Positions 9,379-18,570 of a DNA stretch of 64,000 nt are shown here, one piece after another; position 1 is the first letter of the stretch, and each line of letters opens with the position of its first letter. Below the pieces are notes generated by a model. It worked only from the letters and a program-made list of their open reading frames with translations, had not been told where the DNA came from and did not search any database. Source of the stretch: a virus; IMG/VR virus record IMGVR_UViG_3300035661_000042, positions 1-64,000 of that record. One strand, written 5' to 3'. Made by a program: the position numbers and the translations under genes.

Positions 9379-10737
9379 TTACAACACGGGAAGGGGTTGG
9401 ACAACAGGTAATTGAGGAATTACACTATCCCAGTCGAGCGTAGTATAGTCAAAGCCTGCTTGGTTGACACCGGCACCAACTACATATCCATTGACAATAA
9501 TTGGTGAACCGTTTGTGCGTGGAAGGTACAGTCGTGTGTTTGGATCAATAACTGATCCTGTACTTACTGTGTTAGTTTTCCATCCGTCTACGTGAGCCCA
9601 ATCAACAGCCTGATTGCCACCACGCATTGATTGATTATCTAACAGACCACCAATTTCCCCCGATGCTGCTTCTGCTTTCCACATTACTGGATTAGCTGAC
9701 CACCACCACTGTGATTGATTGGCATCACGTGTCCACATTGCGTGTTCTTCGGACCAGCTCAATGAATTGTCTTGGAATGTTTTCATACGGCGGCCGCCCA
9801 GGAACGGGCGGTCCATTGATATGACAGGTTCGGGATGACCCATTCCCATGATCATATCTCCCACATCAACGTCTTCAATCAATTTCCACGTTCCGTCTGC
9901 CATTAACACAAAACTACCGGCAGGAAAACAAGTGAGAACTGGTGGAACATATGTATATTCTGTACATTGAAGTGTGATTGAGGCAGTATCAAGTACTGCC
10001 AACGTCGAAGCGCTGCGAATTTGGACAGTTAATACTGATGTGATTGTGGTGTCTACTGCACCACTTGCAAGTGTCCACGAACGTGTAGTTCCAAGATTTA
10101 ACCACGTTCCAAGCGGAGATCCTGTCACAGATGATCCGCTTGATACTGTAACATACACATCGTAAGACGCTGCTGTCGTTAAGTCCACTGGCGCCATCGT
10201 ATTCCACTCAGCTCCTGTTGCTCCACCAGTATATGATAGTTGTCCATCATTAGCAAGGACGAGAGTAACAGAAGTTGGAGCAGAATCAGACCAACTATAC
10301 GTTTGAGCAGTTATGCTCGCCGTTTGACCCGTCACCCCAACACCGTCAGTAATCGTGTGTGAGTGAACCCGCATATTGTTGATCATGGCAATCAACACGT
10401 TAATGTCAGCAGCAGTAATTTGTGCATCAGTTGCAATTCCACCAGGCGTAGTAACAGCCCCGTATGCAGGCGTTGTTGCAAATGTTGTTTGTGATAGTAC
10501 TGTTCCACCTACCCCGTATGTTGTAACATTACCAAACGTATCAATTCCTTGAATATCTGTTGCACTGTGCGTATGACTGCGCCAGAGATTGTATACAGAG
10601 CTGTTGAGGCTGGCGAGATCAGACGCATATACAGACTTGCCCGCTGCCATCGCCACAATCAAGGCATTAACCACCGCTTGCATTGTTGCAATTGTGTATC
10701 CCAGAGGTGTAGAAGTTGTCGTTGAAACTTGTGGCAT
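9379..10737 (-). CDS. putative virion protein with C-terminal Hint (Hedgehog/intein-like) domain (452 aa)
   Basis: TCFPAGSFVLMADGTWKLIEDVDVGD (block A), SEEH (block B), LYLPRTNGSPIIVNGYVVG (blocks F/G without His-Asn); two HxH modules in the N-terminal part. Confidence 0.8.
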   Translation of the reverse strand: MPQVSTTTSTPLGYTIATMQAVVNALIVAMAAGKSVYASDLASLNSSVYNLWRSHTHSATDIQGIDTFGNVTTYGVGGTVLSQTTFATTPAYGAVTTPGGIATDAQITAADINVLIAMINNMRVHSHTITDGVGVTGQTASITAQTYSWSDSAPTSVTLVLANDGQLSYTGGATGAEWNTMAPVDLTTAASYDVYVTVSSGSSVTGSPLGTWLNLGTTRSWTLASGAVDTTITSVLTVQIRSASTLAVLDTASITLQCTEYTYVPPVLTCFPAGSFVLMADGTWKLIEDVDVGDMIMGMGHPEPVISMDRPFLGGRRMKTFQDNSLSWSEEHAMWTRDANQSQWWWSANPVMWKAEAASGEIGGLLDNQSMRGGNQAVDWAHVDGWKTNTVSTGSVIDPNTRLYLPRTNGSPIIVNGYVVGAGVNQAGFDYTTLDWDSVIPQLPVVQPLPVL

Positions 10738-10746
10738 GATCCGTCC

Positions 10747-12081
10747 TTATGCGTACACAGCTGGATATACTTGCTTCCAGTTGCCGCCAGGAGGGCCGCC
10801 TGATCCACCGGCATTTGCGATATAGATTTTTCCCGAATCAATTGCAATGTCACCAGCTTTGTATACGCCAGACGTCCAGATGATAGGAACACCTGCGCCA
10901 ACACCTGCGCCAGCAATTGCTGCTGTCATTTGCGAAACGTTTACTGCATCGTTGGCATTTGTTCCAGTAGCAAGATTAACGATCTTGCTACTGTTCATGC
11001 TCAACTGTCCGCCGTTAATGTTGGCAGCACCACTAACGGTTAGTGTGCTACCAATCGATGCGGTTGTTCCAACAACCAAAGCACCACTTGCTGTTAGCGT
11101 GCCTCCTGATGTAATTGCACCCGCCGTTGAGATGGAGTTCAACGACGCCAACCCTGACGAAGATAGTGTTGTGAACGTGGAGTTCACGCTGTGTATGACA
11201 GTTCCAGCGCTGAACGTCACAGAACCTATTAGTGTACCACCAGATAATGGGAGGAACACGCCGGCGCCGCCACCTGATACCAAACTGGTTACTTGTGCCA
11301 GCGTTGTTGCATCTTGTGCACCAACGGCATTTGCCATTCCAGTAATTCTAAACGAACCCATTTCCAGATTACCGCTGGCCGTTGAAAGAGCCGCTCCTGT
11401 TGGACCAAGAATTTCCTGCCACGCAGCACCAGTGTATACAAGCAGATTACCTGTCGCTGTATTGTACCACAACATACCAGTAAGTGGTAGACTTGGAGTT
11501 GTGCCAGAGACGATAGTTCCTGACGGCGTATCCCACGTCGCTGTTGCTGCATTATAGACGTGAACGTTAATCTGGGGTGTAACTGCTGGGGAGATTGGTA
11601 CTGCACCCCCGATGATATAGGAACGTGGCAACCATGCAGCTGGTTCATACTTGCCAAGCGAATAGTAACCAAATAGAGTAACACCGTTGCTGTAATACTC
11701 ACCTTCAATTGGAGATACTGATGCAGTTCCTGATACAATGCCTGTGCCGTTGAGAAGTTTCCATTTGTTTGGAGCAACTTCCTTGATATCGTAGTAGTAC
11801 CACCCTTGCAGTACGTTACCGATCAAGGTATTACGATAGTACAGCGTTTGCTCTACCCACGTTTGACCGGTGATTGCGTAGCTTGGTGATGAAGCACTTG
11901 CAAAGTTTTCTGTCAAACGGACCAAGTCTTCGTCGACAGCCTCGCCCCATTCAAGTGCTCCGCGACCATACAACCGAAGAGATGTGTTGGCAGACGAACC
12001 ACCTGGGCCGTTGAAGCCGCCGGCTGGAATGCTAAAACTACCTTTTAGCGGGTCGGAAAAGTCGATTGCATATGCTGACAT
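10747..12081 (-). CDS. putative virion structural/fibre protein (444 aa), paralog of 1083..2924
   Basis: shared N-terminal domain; GMLWYNT..LLVY.GAAW; DATTLAQV and DAVNVSQM fibre repeats. Confidence 0.7.
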   Translation of the reverse strand: MSAYAIDFSDPLKGSFSIPAGGFNGPGGSSANTSLRLYGRGALEWGEAVDEDLVRLTENFASASSPSYAITGQTWVEQTLYYRNTLIGNVLQGWYYYDIKEVAPNKWKLLNGTGIVSGTASVSPIEGEYYSNGVTLFGYYSLGKYEPAAWLPRSYIIGGAVPISPAVTPQINVHVYNAATATWDTPSGTIVSGTTPSLPLTGMLWYNTATGNLLVYTGAAWQEILGPTGAALSTASGNLEMGSFRITGMANAVGAQDATTLAQVTSLVSGGGAGVFLPLSGGTLIGSVTFSAGTVIHSVNSTFTTLSSSGLASLNSISTAGAITSGGTLTASGALVVGTTASIGSTLTVSGAANINGGQLSMNSSKIVNLATGTNANDAVNVSQMTAAIAGAGVGAGVPIIWTSGVYKAGDIAIDSGKIYIANAGGSGGPPGGNWKQVYPAVYA

Positions 12082-12116
12082 GGGATATTCCTCAAAATAA
12101 GGCGTGGTGTACGCTT

Positions 12117-12124
12117 TATTTATG
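12117..12124 (-). promoter_or_regulatory. T4-late-like promoter (CATAAATA) heading the structural + rSAM operon
   Basis: ATAAATA about 36 nt upstream of ATG 12081; overlaps the imperfect inverted repeat 12095-12121. Confidence 0.6.
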
Positions 12125-12144
12125 TCAACGTGCCTACTTGTGGT

Positions 12145-12897
12145 TTAGATCCCCATTTCACCAACCAACATTTTGATCTTTGCAACTTCGTCGGGGTGTT
12201 GCGCGAACTTGTCTGGCCAATAGCTCGGTCTGATTAGATTTTCGAGGATGATTTTTTGCTCTGCGTTTGTGCGATGAACAAATGCATCTTTGAACGTTTT
12301 GCTGAACAACAGCAGCCACGGAGATAACTTCCGTACGTGTAAAAGGTGAATAATCGCCTGTATTGGCATATGATTGAACACTTCGGGAATTGCAATTTCG
12401 TGCTTGTCGCTGTATGCCATCACTGTTTCAATCGACAAGGTTGCGCTCTCCATTCCCGATGTCTTACGGTCGAGGAATTCAAGGTAGATTGAGTACACGT
12501 CGTCATTCATCCACATTGTAGGTGAATAATCCTTTGTTACCATCAGCCAAATGAACTTCTCCACTCTTGGCAACTCTACGCGTTTGGAAAAGTTGACAAA
12601 GTTGATGAACGTACGGAAGTATTTTGACGATAAGAAAGCAGGGCCCGGTGGTGGCATGCGCTTCATTGCACGCATCCACAGTTGATAGTAGTGCCACGCA
12701 ACTTGGCCTGTGGGTGAGCGAAACTCCTCCTCACGTTTCATTTGCTTACACTGATGCGCGAGGTAACGCCCCTCCAACACAAACACTTTATGGCATGACT
12801 TACAAGTGAAGCGTGATTGAATAGATGAGCGTCGGTCCTGCATATGTTCTATGGTTGTTCTCAACACAGGTGGCTCTCTTAATTTGAAATAATCCAC
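12145..12897 (-). CDS. hypothetical protein with N-terminal zinc finger
   Basis: FTCKSCHKVF..EGRYLAHQC zinc-finger-like motif; start may be at 12843. Confidence 0.65.
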   Translation of the reverse strand: MDYFKLREPPVLRTTIEHMQDRRSSIQSRFTCKSCHKVFVLEGRYLAHQCKQMKREEEFRSPTGQVAWHYYQLWMRAMKRMPPPGPAFLSSKYFRTFINFVNFSKRVELPRVEKFIWLMVTKDYSPTMWMNDDVYSIYLEFLDRKTSGMESATLSIETVMAYSDKHEIAIPEVFNHMPIQAIIHLLHVRKLSPWLLLFSKTFKDAFVHRTNAEQKIILENLIRPSYWPDKFAQHPDEVAKIKMLVGEMGI

Positions 12898-13844
12898 GCA
12901 TTATCGTGTGAAACCTTTGTATCGTAAACAGAGAACTCTGCGTGAACATTGCCAACCGTCCACTTGGTCTTCAAGTTATCAACTGTGAATTCAAGCATTC
13001 CTGCGAAAATTTCATATGTTCCAGTCTTCTCACGCAGGGTAACCATGAGAACGACAGATCCATCTGCGTTCTTCTTGAACAGGTTTTGTGATGCGTGGAG
13101 ATTGATACCATTCATCTTGTATTCTGCAATCATTGCCCGCAGTGCTGGTAGATCTGGCTCTTTGAGAGTGACAGGGATGTGAGCTTCAAAGTAGCAATTT
13201 GTTGGCATTGGTTGGTTATCAACAGGAGCTGCCGGATGCCAGGGGACGGTTTCAATTTTGATACGAACAACGCTCAAATCACACTGTGCAAGTGATGCAG
13301 CGAGATTTTGAGCGTAGATATACGCTGTGCGGTTGGTTCCAAAGTGCTTTGACGACGTCATTGCGTCTGTCATTGCTGTTGTGCCGTTGGGGGTTTGGAG
13401 ATCGAGAATGATTGGTTTGCAATGTAGTTGCTTGCATATATCACGAAACATCTCAATATATGTGTGAGGGAAATCTTGCGTAACAGGGACGGGCAGCGCC
13501 ACTGTGATGTGAATCTCATACGGAAGTGGGTACTTGATCTCGTGTTCTTTGCTTTGCAACAGCGCCCACTTCTCTGCCTTTCGACTGAACATCTCATCGA
13601 CTTCATCGTCAGTAAAATCAAGGTCATACGCAACGGACAGAGCGCACAACACAGTATCAACAGCCTCTTCGAGAATCTGTTCGCGCTCGACAAATCGGTG
13701 AGTTGTCGCGTATGCGTTGTCAAAAGGCAGGGCAGCCTTCGCAAGCTCGCCAAATTCTTCACCAACTTTTAGTGTCTTTTGTGAGAGAGTTTTGCGGTCT
13801 TGCTTCGACAAGTACCGGACGTATTTGAGAAATTCAGGAGTCAT
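12879..13844 (-). CDS. MazG-like nucleotide pyrophosphohydrolase fused to an uncharacterised C-terminal domain
   Basis: LKVGEEFGELAKA...EEAVD all-alpha NTP-PPase motif; C-terminal YEIHITV..RIKIETVPW..YFEAHI domain. Confidence 0.7.
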   Translation of the reverse strand: MTPEFLKYVRYLSKQDRKTLSQKTLKVGEEFGELAKAALPFDNAYATTHRFVEREQILEEAVDTVLCALSVAYDLDFTDDEVDEMFSRKAEKWALLQSKEHEIKYPLPYEIHITVALPVPVTQDFPHTYIEMFRDICKQLHCKPIILDLQTPNGTTAMTDAMTSSKHFGTNRTAYIYAQNLAASLAQCDLSVVRIKIETVPWHPAAPVDNQPMPTNCYFEAHIPVTLKEPDLPALRAMIAEYKMNGINLHASQNLFKKNADGSVVLMVTLREKTGTYEIFAGMLEFTVDNLKTKWTVGNVHAEFSVYDTKVSHDNAWIISN

Positions 13845-14386
13845 CAGTATTCCAGTAATTGATCTACCAGTTTGGGTTTTTTACCTTTGACAGGCTTCTC
13901 AGGAGTATCCTCCTTTTCCTTGTCAACCTTCAACTCACGCCGGATCTTCGCAATCTCGTCTGGTTGCCAGCCGAGCTGTTCTGCCAAGCCAATAATATCA
14001 TCTCGCGACAGGATGTCAAGTACGTCAACAGCTTCTTTGGTACTGTACTTGAAGAATTGACGAATTACCTTGATCGTTGTTGGCTTTCCCGATTCACGCT
14101 TTGCTGGGAGTTTATTCCATACATATCGCTGCTTTCTACCGGAGTTACACACTGTTAGCAATTGCCAAAGCAACTGCTTGTGGGATGTTAGGGAAAACAT
14201 GTACGGATTGGCAAATTCGTTGATCAACACAATCTGACCAGGATCTTGTGTTCCAGACATCCAGCGCGTAACGAGGAACGGAAGAAAAGTCTTCCGTTCC
14301 TCATCAGTTAGCTTTTCGTAGAAATCTTCCTGCTTGGCATCAGCTGCACCAAGCACTCGGAAGATATCAAGTCTTTCTGTTGCCAT
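13844..14386 (-). CDS. gp62: clamp loader small subunit (T4 gp62-like)
   Basis: EERKTFLPFLVTRWMS..INEFAN..HKQLLW..IRQFFKYSTKEA pattern; close to the clamp-loader ATPase. Confidence 0.7.
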   Translation of the reverse strand: MATERLDIFRVLGAADAKQEDFYEKLTDEERKTFLPFLVTRWMSGTQDPGQIVLINEFANPYMFSLTSHKQLLWQLLTVCNSGRKQRYVWNKLPAKRESGKPTTIKVIRQFFKYSTKEAVDVLDILSRDDIIGLAEQLGWQPDEIAKIRRELKVDKEKEDTPEKPVKGKKPKLVDQLLEY

Positions 14387-14515
14387 TTTTGTTGGTTCAA
14401 AGAGTAAAAGGTATATAGTTGTTGCATTTCTTGTATCGTCGCATCGCTTTTTAGTCGGTTAGCACGCTCACCCTCATGAAGACTGCTGCAACATCGTTTT
14501 GTCGACATGTGTAAA

Positions 14516-14863
14516 TTACACCGTTTTTCTTGCTACTTGGTGAGCAGAAAATCTACGAGCACAAAACTTGCACTCCACAATCTCACCCTTATGGGCAAGC
14601 ATTTGGTATGGATGAACACAATCACGAACCATATCACGCCGCAGCGTAGAAATATCGTCAATGATTGGAGTCTTCGTTGCCATCAGGTCGAGGATCTGTT
14701 CTTCAATTGGACGTAGTTTTGCAATCAGCGAAACCATATTATCCATCTTGCGGTCCCACGATACCTTTTCACTGCGTGTTGCGTTGTCTGCGATAACTTC
14801 CAACACCCGACGTTCTTCTGTTTGTTGTGTTGTCTCGCCTTCTGGGCGCTTCCTGCGCGCCAT
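14516..14863 (-). CDS. hypothetical protein (coiled coil plus C/H zinc ribbon)
   Basis: CVHP...CKFC; coupled to the upstream gene. Confidence 0.6.
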   Translation of the reverse strand: MARRKRPEGETTQQTEERRVLEVIADNATRSEKVSWDRKMDNMVSLIAKLRPIEEQILDLMATKTPIIDDISTLRRDMVRDCVHPYQMLAHKGEIVECKFCARRFSAHQVARKTV

Positions 14864-15495
14864 TATCCCACCACCTTCATTGCGTGTTCGTAAGCAGTTG
14901 CAGCCAGTCTTTCAGCACGTTCGGCTCGGACCTCTTCGATGTACTTAACAGCACGACTATTTGGTGCGTATGCGCCTCCAAAATAGTAATCTTCTGTGAT
15001 AGCCTTTGGATCGTACGTTTCAGCAGCTTCGCCTGTTGCAAGATTGAAGGTGAAACTTGGCCCGGCCACAGGATTGACACCATCAATCGTAGAGTACCCA
15101 ATTGAACTGTTCTTTAGCATCATGTGCTCGGCAGTAAACGAAGCTTCACCGAGCGTAAGACGATCATCACGATCAGCTTCTGCGGCAGCCTGCAATTCCC
15201 GGTTCATTTCAGCAAGGGTAATTGCTGCTGATTTCCACATATCCATTGCTGACTCCAACTTCTGAACGCGCTGTTGTAGGTCAGCAAGTTGATCAACAGG
15301 ACTGTATGGAGTGCCAGTGAACGTAATTCCTTGGCCTGCTCCAACAATGTTGCCAACAAAATATGGTGACGAAGAGCCAACGGAACCTTCGAGATGTGAA
15401 AGTAAAGTAACGGCGCCATCAGGGTACGGTTCTGTTGGTAATGTAATTGAGTTGGCGTATTCGTATATACCGAACGTTGTCTTCTTATCAGTCAT
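14863..15495 (-). CDS. hypothetical protein (about 210 aa)
   Basis: likely start MTDKKTT at 15495 with AAGGAG SD; the longer ORF-track start overlaps gp44. Confidence 0.6.
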   Translation of the reverse strand: MTDKKTTFGIYEYANSITLPTEPYPDGAVTLLSHLEGSVGSSSPYFVGNIVGAGQGITFTGTPYSPVDQLADLQQRVQKLESAMDMWKSAAITLAEMNRELQAAAEADRDDRLTLGEASFTAEHMMLKNSSIGYSTIDGVNPVAGPSFTFNLATGEAAETYDPKAITEDYYFGGAYAPNSRAVKYIEEVRAERAERLAATAYEHAMKVVG

Positions 15496-15505
15496 GTTGT
15501 TCTCC

Positions 15506-16441
15506 TTATAGTTGACCGAGGCGTATAAACAATGCTGCTGCGTTGATCTCTGGATCTGCAACAATTGTGTTTTTATAGAGGTGTTCAGCAATTGCAAGAA
15601 TTGCTTCTTCCCACTTTTCGTTGTTACTAAATTTTGGAGCACGTGAAATGTTCTCATACAAGAACCGATACACGCTCTCCCATTCGTCTGATGTAACACT
15701 TGAACACACAAGCTTACGGGCTTCAACCCACTTGTTTGATTCTATCAGATCAATCAGTTTGAATTTATAATCGCCCGTTTCTCCGGATAACGTTGGAGCT
15801 TGCAGTTCTTTATCGACTGTATTTTGTTGTAGCAGATTTACCATCTTGCGTACATCAGGATATCCGTAAGCAAGGTACTTGTCAAGTAGATCAAGGTCGA
15901 ACTTAACACCCTCTGTTGCTAAAATTCGAATCAAGTATTCAGCAATGTCATTCGAATCCGCTGCGCGGAAGAAGAACTCTTGGCACCTTGATCGAATTGG
16001 CGCGATGATCTTATTAACGTGGTTGCACGTCAAAATAAACCGGACAAACTCGCTCGTCTCTTCCATGAACCTCTTCAATGCAGCCTGTGCTTGTGGCGTA
16101 AGCATGTCTGCTTCTTCAAGGTGGACAATCTTGAACCGCCCCATAGCCATCGACATGGCAAAGTTTTTAATCTGGTTACGAAACGTGTCAATTCCGCGCT
16201 CATCTGACGCATTGATTGTTAGTACGTCCGTGTCATCTAACTCCATCGATCGTATCAAAATCTGGGCCAATGTTGTCTTACCGCTACCTTGTACGCCTGA
16301 CAACAGTAGCTGTGGAATTGATTTGTCGTTAATCATACGCATTACAGCAGCCTTCTGCTGTGCGTCATGAAAGATGTAATCAGTTACAGACTGCGGCCTG
16401 TATTTTTCTACCCACAACAAGTGGTTGTTATTCTGTGCCAT
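15506..16441 (-). CDS. gp44: clamp loader AAA+ ATPase subunit (gp44/RFC-like)
   Basis: LWVEKYRP, GVQGSGKTT, INASDERGID, EEAD, SRC motifs. Confidence 0.95.
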   Translation of the reverse strand: MAQNNNHLLWVEKYRPQSVTDYIFHDAQQKAAVMRMINDKSIPQLLLSGVQGSGKTTLAQILIRSMELDDTDVLTINASDERGIDTFRNQIKNFAMSMAMGRFKIVHLEEADMLTPQAQAALKRFMEETSEFVRFILTCNHVNKIIAPIRSRCQEFFFRAADSNDIAEYLIRILATEGVKFDLDLLDKYLAYGYPDVRKMVNLLQQNTVDKELQAPTLSGETGDYKFKLIDLIESNKWVEARKLVCSSVTSDEWESVYRFLYENISRAPKFSNNEKWEEAILAIAEHLYKNTIVADPEINAAALFIRLGQL

Positions 16442-16448
16442 CAAAGGG

Positions 16449-16496
16449 TCTCCTTGGCTTATCTTATAATTATACAACAAGCCAAGGAGAAATCAA
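16449..16496 (-). promoter_or_regulatory. sigma70-like promoter (TTGATT-16-TATAAT) within a 12-bp inverted repeat covering the gp44 SD
   Basis: -35 at 16491-16496, -10 at 16469-16474; TCTCCTTGGCTT/AAGCCAAGGAGA at 16449-16460 and 16479-16490. Confidence 0.6.
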
Positions 16497-16499
16497 CGG

Positions 16500-17963
16500 T
16501 TACAAATACATCTCTACACCATTGCGGCGCAGGACTTCCTCAATTGCGTGCAATTCCCATATTTCATCTTTTGAAAGAGTATCGCCGTTATCTTGCTTCG
16601 CTTTGAGAAACTTGTGGTGATTGATTAGCTCACGAACCTTGTCTGGCGTTTCTGTGCCTGACCACTTTGGTGGATATGGACGGAATCGACGAGCCCCACC
16701 TTCGTAGTTAGGATCTACAATCGGGGCCAGTTCTGGAAGGATCTCCACTGGTTCTACCACTGGTTCTGGCTCTACAACTGGTTCTGGCTCTACCACTGGT
16801 TCTGGCTCTACAACTGGCTCTACCACTGGTTCTACCACTGGTTCTACCACTGGTTCTACCACTGGTTCTGGCTCTACCACTGGTTCTGGCTCTACCACTG
16901 GTTCTGGCTCTACCACTGGTTCTACCACTGGTTCTGGCTCTACCACTGGTTCTGGCTCTACCACTGGTTCTACCACTGGTTCTGGCTCTACCACTGGTTC
17001 TGGCTCTACAACTGGTTCTGGCTCTACAACTGGCTCTACCACTGGCTCTACAACTGGCTCTACAACTGGCTCTACAACTGGCTCTACAACTGGCTCTACC
17101 ACTGGTTCTGGCGGAGGAGCTGGTGCGGGAGGCATAGGCTCTGGCGGAGTAAATCCGTTGACGACAGGTGATGCCACATTGTCAAAATATGCGTTTTCTT
17201 CTGCCTCTTTGGCCGCCAGTTCTTCTCGGCGTAGCCGAAGCGCAATATTGACTGCAAGTGTAAGTGCAATTGCCATTGGATCAAAAGCAAAGATGATCAA
17301 GAAGATCAAGTACTTTGTTGCATTGTCAGTATCAAGTCCAAACGCCTTGGCGATATAGGTAATTGGACCAATGTGGGCTTCGGTCTTAATTGTTTCTTGT
17401 CTCAATGCAAGTAGTTGCGTGTCCAGTTCTGTTACTCGTTTAGTAACGGATTCTTGTTCAGCTTTGTACTGCTTAACGATAGACTCGCGTGATCGGGTTG
17501 TTTCGCGTAATGCACGAGTTGCGTTTGGATCAACATTGCCATCTTTTTTGTTGACAGAACCAACGGTAGGCCCCCCTGCGATTAGGTCGTCAATCTGTTT
17601 CTTACGAGCAAGACTTCGTACCTTCTCTTCATCAAGAAGTGAAATTTGTTCTTGCTTCTGTTTGAGAGGCAAAATATCCTGTTGATATCCAGACGACAAG
17701 TATCCAAAAATACCAAGCGAAGTCAGCATCGAGAGCACTGTAACGCCTGCAATTAAGTAGACTTTCAGTGCTAAATTGGTCTTAACCCAGTATCTGTACA
17801 GGTACGATACTGCCATCAACTTGCCAGCGCCAAGCGAGCCACCCATAATGATCACTGACCAAAATACGCCGCTGAATGTTGCAGCCAAGCCGATGACGCT
17901 GAAATATTCAGCGGACAAAGCAATCGCTGCTGTTGATAGAATCAACAAGAAGATGAAAAGCAT
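16500..17963 (-). CDS. membrane protein with coiled coil and long PEPVVE repeat tract (487 aa)
   Basis: three N-terminal hydrophobic helices, coiled coil, one further TM segment, about 120 aa of (E)PVVEP repeats. Confidence 0.8.
   Translation of the reverse strand: MLFIFLLILSTAAIALSAEYFSVIGLAATFSGVFWSVIIMGGSLGAGKLMAVSYLYRYWVKTNLALKVYLIAGVTVLSMLTSLGIFGYLSSGYQQDILPLKQKQEQISLLDEEKVRSLARKKQIDDLIAGGPTVGSVNKKDGNVDPNATRALRETTRSRESIVKQYKAEQESVTKRVTELDTQLLALRQETIKTEAHIGPITYIAKAFGLDTDNATKYLIFLIIFAFDPMAIALTLAVNIALRLRREELAAKEAEENAYFDNVASPVVNGFTPPEPMPPAPAPPPEPVVEPVVEPVVEPVVEPVVEPVVEPVVEPEPVVEPEPVVEPEPVVEPVVEPEPVVEPEPVVEPVVEPEPVVEPEPVVEPEPVVEPVVEPVVEPVVEPVVEPEPVVEPEPVVEPEPVVEPVEILPELAPIVDPNYEGGARRFRPYPPKWSGTETPDKVRELINHHKFLKAKQDNGDTLSKDEIWELHAIEEVLRRNGVEMYL
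16746..17110 (-). repeat. coding tandem repeat of mixed 12- and 18-nt units encoding PVVE / PEPVVE
   Basis: ggttctaccact, ggctctacaact and ggttctggctctaccact units visible directly. Confidence 0.95.
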
Positions 17964-17974
17964 ACTATTCTCCG

Positions 17975-18544
17975 TTATGCATATGCCAAGATACTGTCAT
18001 CCTTGATGAAAGACATTGTTACCCCAGCATGCCTAAATGTATCTGTGAAATTGGTGTCGTTGTAATAGATAGTTGTACCAACTACCAGTTCTGGTGAAAC
18101 TTTTGGTCCCAAGTGCAACACAACACCCGTTGGTGTTTCGTCGGATCCACCAATCACAACGATAATGCCACTGGTTGATTTGAGATCAGCCTTTGGATTT
18201 TGTTTGAATAGCACAACATTGGTAAGCGGTTCAATCGGTGCGAATGGAGTGTCACGCACAGCAACAGCTTGGGATTCGTCAGACATCCATACACGAACGC
18301 CTTCAAACTTCAACCCCGACGTCCAGCGCAAGTTGGGGAGAAGTACTTGTTGACCGACCTTTATTGTGCAACTGGGGCCAACAGCAATAACTTTGACCCA
18401 CCGTGGTTCTTTAGCGCTGTCATCAAAGCTGGCTTTCAGCACAATCCCTGATGCGGTTGATTCTTTCTCAAACTCCCCCTTGGAATTAACGCGGTCGATA
18501 AATTCAAATGCGATTCCATTGCTCTTGACTGGTACGATGTTCAT
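17975..18544 (-). CDS. co-chaperonin GroES/Cpn10-like protein with two tandem domains
   Basis: [25 protein letters not shown] and [32 protein letters not shown]. Confidence 0.75.
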   Translation of the reverse strand: MNIVPVKSNGIAFEFIDRVNSKGEFEKESTASGIVLKASFDDSAKEPRWVKVIAVGPSCTIKVGQQVLLPNLRWTSGLKFEGVRVWMSDESQAVAVRDTPFAPIEPLTNVVLFKQNPKADLKSTSGIIVVIGGSDETPTGVVLHLGPKVSPELVVGTTIYYNDTNFTDTFRHAGVTMSFIKDDSILAYA

Positions 18545-18570
18545 ATGGTTTTATGCTTTCTGTATGTTTG

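Noticed and set aside
9379-9930. Canonical splicing intein
   Set aside because: No terminal His-Asn plus nucleophile, no endonuclease domain, and it lies at the protein C-terminus.
16746-17110. Possible CRISPR array or non-coding satellite
   Set aside because: Units are 12/18 nt, contiguous with no unique spacers, and in frame within a protein (PEPVVE).
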